Assembly: GCA_964654675.1 (NCBI GenBank)
Contig: CAZZKP010000004.1
Span: 1 to 33,914, forward strand
Source of the DNA: an uncultured Bifidobacterium sp.
GTDB lineage: Bacteria; Bacteroidota; Bacteroidia; NS11-12g; UBA955
Reading direction: 5' to 3'
DNA length: 33,914 nt
Shown: positions 28,328 through 33,914 of the stretch, one piece after another
Layout: each line of letters opens with the position of its first letter
Position numbering within the stretch: the first letter of the stretch is position 1
The notes under the pieces: generated by a model
Database searches by the model: none
What the model was told of the DNA's origin: nothing
Seen by the model: only the letters and a program-made list of their open reading frames with translations
Translations under genes and position numbers: made by a program

Positions 28328-28840
28328 TTACTTCTTCAACAAGGCTGCAATTACAGCACCCGTGATATCATCGGCCGGATTTGCACTCCACAAAACAATG
28401 TTCTGTGAATTGTCGATTACGTGCGCATAGCCCTTCGCCTTGGCCACTTCACCAGACGTTTTCTTTACCAATTCCAAAATGGGATTGTACAAGCGAACTT
28501 GCTCCTGTTGGATTTCCGATTTGTATGCCTCTTGGGTTTCTTGGGCTTCTTGTTGCAAGCGCTGAAAACTCTTTTGAATCAATTCCAACTGCGCAGGCGA
28601 TGCCTTTAACGCTTGCTTGGTTTGGTATTCCTTTTCTTTGTTTTGCATTTCAGATTCCAAATCCTGTAAACGCTGAACATAACCCTGTTCGATGGCAGCC
28701 AACTTGGCCATTACTGAATCTTTCATTGGCAAAGTATCTACAACCTTCATGGTATTGATGGTAGCAATTTTCTGCGCTTGTGCGATGGAACCCATTGCCA
28801 CAAATACGGTCATGGCAATCAATAGAATGGTTTTTTTCAT
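28328..28840 (-). CDS. OmpH/Skp periplasmic chaperone
   Basis: Signal peptide from ATG 28840 (TAAATTTG at 28847-28854); QKIATIN, coiled coil, VAKAKGY and DITGAV. Confidence 0.85.
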   Translation of the reverse strand: MKKTILLIAMTVFVAMGSIAQAQKIATINTMKVVDTLPMKDSVMAKLAAIEQGYVQRLQDLESEMQNKEKEYQTKQALKASPAQLELIQKSFQRLQQEAQETQEAYKSEIQQEQVRLYNPILELVKKTSGEVAKAKGYAHVIDNSQNIVLWSANPADDITGAVIAALLKK

Positions 28841-28861
28841 GTATATCAAATTTAGTTTTTG

Positions 28862-29524
28862 TTAATTGTTGTCGTCTGAACTTCCGTTCGGTGATGTACC
28901 ATTGGGCACATTTCCCCTTGGCGTAGGCACATTTGGCTTGGCTCCACCCGGGCGGTTTTGGGTATTCGGCTTGGCTTGCGTGTTTGTAGCCCCGGGCATA
29001 TCCTCGGTTGGAATACCCAAAGCTTCCATCACCTCCAAGGTTTTGTCGTATTTCTGATCCGCATACAACATCAATGCTCCACCCGATTTGTCAAAAATAT
29101 ATGCGTATCCTTCTTTCTTCGCCACGTTCTGAATGGCATCGTATACCTTATCTTGCAAAGGCTTCACCAATCTGGCACGCTCCTGATACAATTCACCCGT
29201 GGGGCCAAATTTTGTTTCTCTAAATTTTATCAATTCAGATTCCTTTTGTTCGATGGCTTCCTTTTTCTGACGACGTTTTTCATTGGTCAACAAAATCTCT
29301 TCCGCCGTAAAATCGCGATACATCTGCTCCAACGCCGTTTGCATCACCTGGGCTTCCCCTTGATATTTGGCAGCCAAATCATCCAAATCCTTCTGCGCTG
29401 CTCGATATTCTGGCAATTTGGCCAATATCACATCTGAATCCACGAATCCAATCACCTGACTCTTTTGAGCAGTCAAACCACCCAAAATCATCAACACGAT
29501 AATCAAAAGGAATTGTTTTTTCAT
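28862..29524 (-). CDS. OmpH/Skp periplasmic chaperone with Pro/Asn/Gly-rich C-terminal tail
   Basis: Signal peptide from ATG 29524; IGFVDSDVILAKLPEY, FGPTGEL, KPLQDKV and YAYIFDKS. Confidence 0.88.
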   Translation of the reverse strand: MKKQFLLIIVLMILGGLTAQKSQVIGFVDSDVILAKLPEYRAAQKDLDDLAAKYQGEAQVMQTALEQMYRDFTAEEILLTNEKRRQKKEAIEQKESELIKFRETKFGPTGELYQERARLVKPLQDKVYDAIQNVAKKEGYAYIFDKSGGALMLYADQKYDKTLEVMEALGIPTEDMPGATNTQAKPNTQNRPGGAKPNVPTPRGNVPNGTSPNGSSDDNN

Positions 29525-29591
29525 TTTCACTGAATTGTCAAACTGCATGCCAAAAGTCATTAGTGCACGAAAATATAGATTTTTCCTCGAT

Positions 29592-30134
29592 TTATGGATG
29601 CTCCAACAAAATTGAAGGCGTTACGATGATATTACTTTTGTGTAAAGCTCGATCCGTGAACTGAATTGTATATCTCACCGTGTCACCCCTATACTGAAAG
29701 GGTCTAGCGGGAATGTTCAAAACCAAATTTCCGTGCACTGCTTTGCTCCGGCCCGTGGGTGTGATGTTGCGAATTCTCTCATGAAGAACCAATGTGTCTT
29801 TGGGGCCGAGCAATGGATTCATCGGATTCACCCAATTCGCTCCTATTTTTTGCTGATAATAGACTTTGAGATTATAAAATTCCTTTTGCTTGTAGCCAAA
29901 CGGAGACATCGTATCTGCATCATCCAATCCCAAATCCCCATCGCCATCCTCATACCCTAAATCAATTTCTACAAAACTATCGTATCCGTATCCACTGTTA
30001 AACTTATAAATGCCCGCGAATGTCAGTTTGGGTACACTGGAGATAGTATCTTTGCTCGGATTACATGAAATCAGAGTCCCTGCCAAAAACAGCATGACAA
30101 AACCGATTGAAAATATTGATTCTCTATTCCACAT
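29592..30134 (-). CDS. Hypothetical lipoprotein
   Basis: MWNR...LISC signal/lipobox from ATG 30134; YEDGDGDLG acidic motif; DRALHKSNII.TP beta-sandwich-like end. Confidence 0.72.
   Translation of the reverse strand: MWNRESIFSIGFVMLFLAGTLISCNPSKDTISSVPKLTFAGIYKFNSGYGYDSFVEIDLGYEDGDGDLGLDDADTMSPFGYKQKEFYNLKVYYQQKIGANWVNPMNPLLGPKDTLVLHERIRNITPTGRSKAVHGNLVLNIPARPFQYRGDTVRYTIQFTDRALHKSNIIVTPSILLEHP
30047..30054 (+). promoter_or_regulatory. -7 element (TATCTTTG) for the LuxE-like gene, inside the lipoprotein CDS
   Basis: Exact TAnnTTTG; TTTG at 30027-30030 upstream; ATG at 30094. Confidence 0.45.
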
Positions 30135-31068
30135 CCCTTCGTCCAAATTTAACGAATGGGCGCAGATAATATTTACCCATCAATTAAAAAACAATTCCAT
30201 TTTCGCTGAATGGCATCGACTTTACCCACCAACAACAGGCGAATTCACTTTTTTGCCGATTTCTTTTTTCAAGAGTCATTCTATCCTAAGCAGTTCCGAG
30301 ACCCCCGAAATAACTTTTAGTAGTTCTGGAACAACAGGCAGCACCCCATCTCTTCACCATGTAACCGAGGTGAAATTGTACGAGAAAAGCTTCACCACAG
30401 GATTTGAGCTATTTTATGGACCCATCAAAAACTACTGTGTGATTGGATTGCTTCCGAGTTACCTCGAAAGATCCGGATCATCCTTGGTCTATATGGTTGA
30501 CAACTTCATCAAAAAAGGAAAGCCCAACAGCGGATTCTATTTAAACGAATACCAAACGGTAGCCAGCATCATCCAAGAGAATGAAAATCGCAATCAACCC
30601 ACCCTGCTTTTGGGGGTCACCTTTGCGATGTTAGAAATGATCAAATCCCTCCCCCAGCAGCGATGGACCAATACCATTGTCATGGAAACGGGGGGCATGA
30701 AAGGCCGGGGTGAGGAAATCACACGGGAGGAATTGCAAGAGCAACTGTCAACACATTTAGGGGTGCAACACGTGCATTCAGAATACGGAATGACAGAGTT
30801 GTTGAGTCAGGCCTACTCCCAAAAAAATGGACGCTTTCATTGCCCACCCTGGATGAAGATTTGCATTCAAGACCCAGGAGACCCCCAACAATTATTTGGC
30901 CACGGAAAAACAGGCAGAATCTGCATCATTGATTTAGCCAATGTGAACAGCTGCTCTTTTATCGCAACCGACGATTTGGGAAAAACACATAACGACGGGA
31001 CCTTCGAGGTACTGGGGAGAATCGATTTCAGCGACCTCCGAGGCTGCAATCAGCTGGTCATCGATTAA
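30094..31068 (+). CDS. LuxE/PaaK-like acyl-protein synthetase ('acyl transferase')
   Basis: FLPISFFK, FSSSGTTG, METGGMKGR, SEYGMTELLSQAY, IATDDLG and VLGR...RGC. ATG 30094 preferred over 30010. Confidence 0.85.
   Translation: MTKPIENIDSLFHIPSSKFNEWAQIIFTHQLKNNSIFAEWHRLYPPTTGEFTFLPISFFKSHSILSSSETPEITFSSSGTTGSTPSLHHVTEVKLYEKSFTTGFELFYGPIKNYCVIGLLPSYLERSGSSLVYMVDNFIKKGKPNSGFYLNEYQTVASIIQENENRNQPTLLLGVTFAMLEMIKSLPQQRWTNTIVMETGGMKGRGEEITREELQEQLSTHLGVQHVHSEYGMTELLSQAYSQKNGRFHCPPWMKICIQDPGDPQQLFGHGKTGRICIIDLANVNSCSFIATDDLGKTHNDGTFEVLGRIDFSDLRGCNQLVID
30144..30151 (-). promoter_or_regulatory. -7 element (TAAATTTG) for the lipoprotein, inside the LuxE-like CDS
   Basis: Exact TAnnTTTG, 9 nt upstream of ATG 30134. 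Confidence 0.5.
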
Positions 31069-33419
31069 TCTTCGTCTTCGTCGGGAATTTCTAACACCTG
31101 CTCGGTCAATTCTTCCTTGGCATTCAGGGAATTCTCAAGGCTTAATATCATGGCTGGAAGCAAGAACAAATTCGCCGCCATCCCCGTGAGCAATGTCAAC
31201 CCGGTTAACCAACCCAAGGCTTGCGTTCCTTGGAAATTGGAGAAGGTAAAAATCAAGAATCCTGCACAAATCGCGACCATACTATAAATCATACTCAACC
31301 CCACCTCTACAATGGTTCCATTGAGCGCTTCTCGCACGGATTTATTGTGTTTCACCAACTCCCGCCTAAAAGTTATGATAAAGTGAATGGTGGCATCTAC
31401 CGTAATTCCAAAGGCGATACTAAAAACCAGTATCGTTGATGGTTTCAGCGGTACATCAAAGTAACCCATGGTTCCTGCGGTTACCAACAATGGAATGATA
31501 TTGGGTATCACCGCGATTACGATCATTCGTATGGAAGGAAACAAGAAACCCATGGTTATCGTGATGATTACCAATGACCAAAAAGTAGCACTGCCCAAAC
31601 TGCCGAACAAATAAGAATTGCCTTTGAGGAACACCGCAGAGGTACCCGTAACCAAAACGGAATATTCTTCTTTGGGAAAAATTCTGTCAATGATCAAGGC
31701 CACTTCTTTGTTTATGCTATCCAAAGAAACGGAGCCCACGTCTTTAATTTGATAACTAATTCTCAATCCCGTTCGGCTGCTGTCCAACAGGCCCGACATC
31801 ATTCCATTTTTCTCTTTTCCTTTCTGTAGCGGCATACGACCCATGATATCGGCCAAATCCAACGCATTTGGCATACGATAGAAAGCGGGATCGCCTTCAT
31901 TCACTGTTTGATTGGCATAGCATACCACTTCCACAACCGACATGGGCTTGGAGAATTCTGGGAATTTTTTTAGGGCTTTCTGCAATCGGTTTACTTTATC
32001 CAAGGTTTCAAAAGTCCCGATTTCCCCATCATCGTGGGTACGAACGACAATTTCATAAGGCATCACCCCTTTGAAATGTTCTTGGAAGTACAATAAATCC
32101 TGATACATCTTGGAACTCCTTGGCACATCATCTACCATATAAGCCAACGGATGTAGGCGAAAAACAAAAGTGGTACTCAAGACGGTCAAAGCGATAAACC
32201 AGAAATATATTCGACGTTTATGATTGAAAACCATAAACTTCACCCAGCCCAAAAATTGATTTACATTCTTGTTGTCTAGGTGGGCAATTTGCTTGTCTGA
32301 AGGCACGGGCAAGAAGCTATACAATGCGGGAATACCAATGATATTGATAAAAAACACCAAGTTGATGGTGATAAACGAAACAACCCCGTATTGTTCAAGA
32401 ATCTGAGTTTTTGTAAAGTAGAAGGTACCAAATCCCACCGCGGTGGTAAAATTGATTAGGAAGGTAGCAACACCCACACGGGAAATAATTCTCGACAACG
32501 CTTTTGCTTTATTGCCGTGTTTCCGATATTCCTCGTGGTATTTGTTGATCAGATAAATGGCATTCTGAACTCCGATCACCACCAGTAGCGGTGGAAGCGT
32601 TCCTGTGAGGAGAGTAAGTTTATACCCCAACAAACCACAGACACCAAACATCACCAACACTCCAATTCCAATAAAAACAATGGCAATCGCCAGAGTGCTG
32701 AAGCTGCGGAAAAACACCAAAATCAAAATGGCTGTAACCAAAAACGCGATAACAGTAAAGAGAACGATTTCACTTTTCACTGTGGTTGCCATTTCTGTTC
32801 TCACAAAGGGCAAACCGCCGATATGCATCTCCGCACCACAAACCGCCTCGTACTCCTTTGCTGTCTTTTCGATGCTTCGTATCACACTCACTCGCTTCTC
32901 AGATTCTTGTATCTTGTTGTCAAGCACCAATAAAATGAGCGCAGAATTTGTATTCTTGTTATAGAGCATTCCCTGATAGAATCGCATATCCAAGAATTTG
33001 TCTTGGATGCTATCTACTTCGGCCTGGGTAGACGGTGCTTTGGCAAAAGCGGATTTGATTTGAAACTTTCCTGCGGTATCCGTGCTTAAATCAAACAACC
33101 GGGTAGGGCTGATCACTTGGGTAACGCCAGGGATTTTCGACATGTCTTCACACATCTTATAGTAGGCCAGGAAATTCTTGAGCTCAAACAGTTTATCACT
33201 GCTAAATCCAACAACTACTTTGTTATTGTCTAATCCAAACGTTTTTTGAAATTTCTGATATGCCAACAAATCTGCATCATTGCTCGGCACAAGTTTTTGC
33301 ATGGCATACTCCAATTTGACCTTGGTAGAATAGTACCCCATCACTCCCGTGAATGCCAAAATCAATATCAAGAAAAGTGCACGTTGCTTTAGAATAAAGC
33401 TTGCTATTTTATCCCACAT
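31065..33419 (-). CDS. MMPL/RND family transporter
   Basis: Two repeats of TM + large periplasmic loop + 5 TM; NFTTAVGF and FGITVDATIHF motifs; 784 aa. Confidence 0.88.
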   Translation of the reverse strand: MWDKIASFILKQRALFLILILAFTGVMGYYSTKVKLEYAMQKLVPSNDADLLAYQKFQKTFGLDNNKVVVGFSSDKLFELKNFLAYYKMCEDMSKIPGVTQVISPTRLFDLSTDTAGKFQIKSAFAKAPSTQAEVDSIQDKFLDMRFYQGMLYNKNTNSALILLVLDNKIQESEKRVSVIRSIEKTAKEYEAVCGAEMHIGGLPFVRTEMATTVKSEIVLFTVIAFLVTAILILVFFRSFSTLAIAIVFIGIGVLVMFGVCGLLGYKLTLLTGTLPPLLVVIGVQNAIYLINKYHEEYRKHGNKAKALSRIISRVGVATFLINFTTAVGFGTFYFTKTQILEQYGVVSFITINLVFFINIIGIPALYSFLPVPSDKQIAHLDNKNVNQFLGWVKFMVFNHKRRIYFWFIALTVLSTTFVFRLHPLAYMVDDVPRSSKMYQDLLYFQEHFKGVMPYEIVVRTHDDGEIGTFETLDKVNRLQKALKKFPEFSKPMSVVEVVCYANQTVNEGDPAFYRMPNALDLADIMGRMPLQKGKEKNGMMSGLLDSSRTGLRISYQIKDVGSVSLDSINKEVALIIDRIFPKEEYSVLVTGTSAVFLKGNSYLFGSLGSATFWSLVIITITMGFLFPSIRMIVIAVIPNIIPLLVTAGTMGYFDVPLKPSTILVFSIAFGITVDATIHFIITFRRELVKHNKSVREALNGTIVEVGLSMIYSMVAICAGFLIFTFSNFQGTQALGWLTGLTLLTGMAANLFLLPAMILSLENSLNAKEELTEQVLEIPDEDED

Positions 33420-33427
33420 AGATACCG

Positions 33428-33435
33428 CAAAGGTA
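33428..33435 (-). promoter_or_regulatory. -7 element (TACCTTTG) for the MMPL gene
   Basis: Exact TAnnTTTG, 8 nt upstream of ATG 33419 and just downstream of the rplI terminator. Confidence 0.6.
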
Positions 33436-33440
33436 CTGAT

Positions 33441-33473
33441 AAAAAAATAAAGGTCGCCCGTGGGCGACCTTTA
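33441..33473 (-). terminator. Intrinsic terminator after rplI
   Basis: - strand TAAAGGTCGCC-CACG-GGCGACCTTTA followed by T7. Confidence 0.9.
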
Positions 33474-33495
33474 ACAATTCTTAATGTAAAAAAGA

Positions 33496-33914
33496 TTACT
33501 CGGCAATCACATCCAAAGTGATGGTCGCGTTGATATCTTTAAACAAGTTGATGTTTGCTTCGTACGTACCGATGTTTTTGATATCATCAAAAACAATTTT
33601 ACGACGGTCAACATCAAATCCTTTTTCTTTCAATACATTGGCAACTTGTAAGCTTGTAACTGATCCGAAAATCTTACCACTTGCACCGGCTTTTGCAGCC
33701 AAGTTAATGGTAGATCCGTTCAATTTTTCAGCCAACGCTTCCGCATCTTTACGCAATTTGTCCATTTTGAACGCGCGCTGACGCATATCCTCGGCTAACA
33801 TTTTCAATGCGCCTTCGTTTGCCAATTTTGCTTTTCCTGTAGGAATCAAGAAGTTCCTAGCGTAACCGTCTTTCACGGTAACCACGTCGTCTTTATGACC
33901 TAGGTTTTTTACGT
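33496..33914 (-). CDS. rplI: 50S ribosomal protein L9 (5' end beyond the window)
   Basis: Frame is open to the window edge: VKNLGHKDDVVTVKDGYARNFLIP, GKIFGSVT and VDRRKI. Confidence 0.97.
   Translation of the reverse strand, partial: VKNLGHKDDVVTVKDGYARNFLIPTGKAKLANEGALKMLAEDMRQRAFKMDKLRKDAEALAEKLNGSTINLAAKAGASGKIFGSVTSLQVANVLKEKGFDVDRRKIVFDDIKNIGTYEANINLFKDINATITLDVIAE

Noticed and set aside
30010-31068. Bioluminescence (lux) system
   Set aside because: Only a LuxE-like ligase is present; no luxA, luxB, luxC or luxD.
1-33914. Mobile element, prophage, defence island, tRNA or rRNA
   Set aside because: No integrase, transposase, phage or defence-type ORFs, no cloverleaf or rRNA signatures seen, and coding space is filled by recognisable core genes.

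Overview
Gene-dense chromosomal segment of a Bacteroidota bacterium, indicated by two T9SS C-terminal-domain proteins, repeated TAnnTTTG (-7) promoter boxes and a tandem skp-skp-murI arrangement. It holds about 32 CDSs, mostly core functions: lysC, GH73-LysM autolysin, dsbD, gmhA, a CNT nucleoside transporter, rhomboid, GNAT, fadD-like ligase, nfu, radA, murB, truB, TlpA, an OmpR-type regulator, pabB, uvrC, murI, two Skp, a LuxE-like ligase, an MMPL/RND transporter and a partial rplI. A split carotenoid pathway is also present (crtZ-crtI-crtB plus a separate cruF-like gene). I saw no rRNA, tRNA, CRISPR array, integrase or transposase. I found no clear new multi-gene system. The most unusual signals are small-scale: (i) a four-copy, 11-bp-period, inverted repeat module upstream of the cruF-like gene, echoed upstream of crtZ; (ii) a 66-aa lipoprotein made largely of Bacteroidota O-glycosylation sequons, next to a T9SS protein that is almost only signal peptide plus CTD; (iii) two divergent genes that overlap head-to-head, each with its promoter box inside the other; (iv) -7 boxes 4-9 nt from many start codons, implying leaderless or near-leaderless mRNAs. 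All product calls come from motif recognition by eye, not from database searches.
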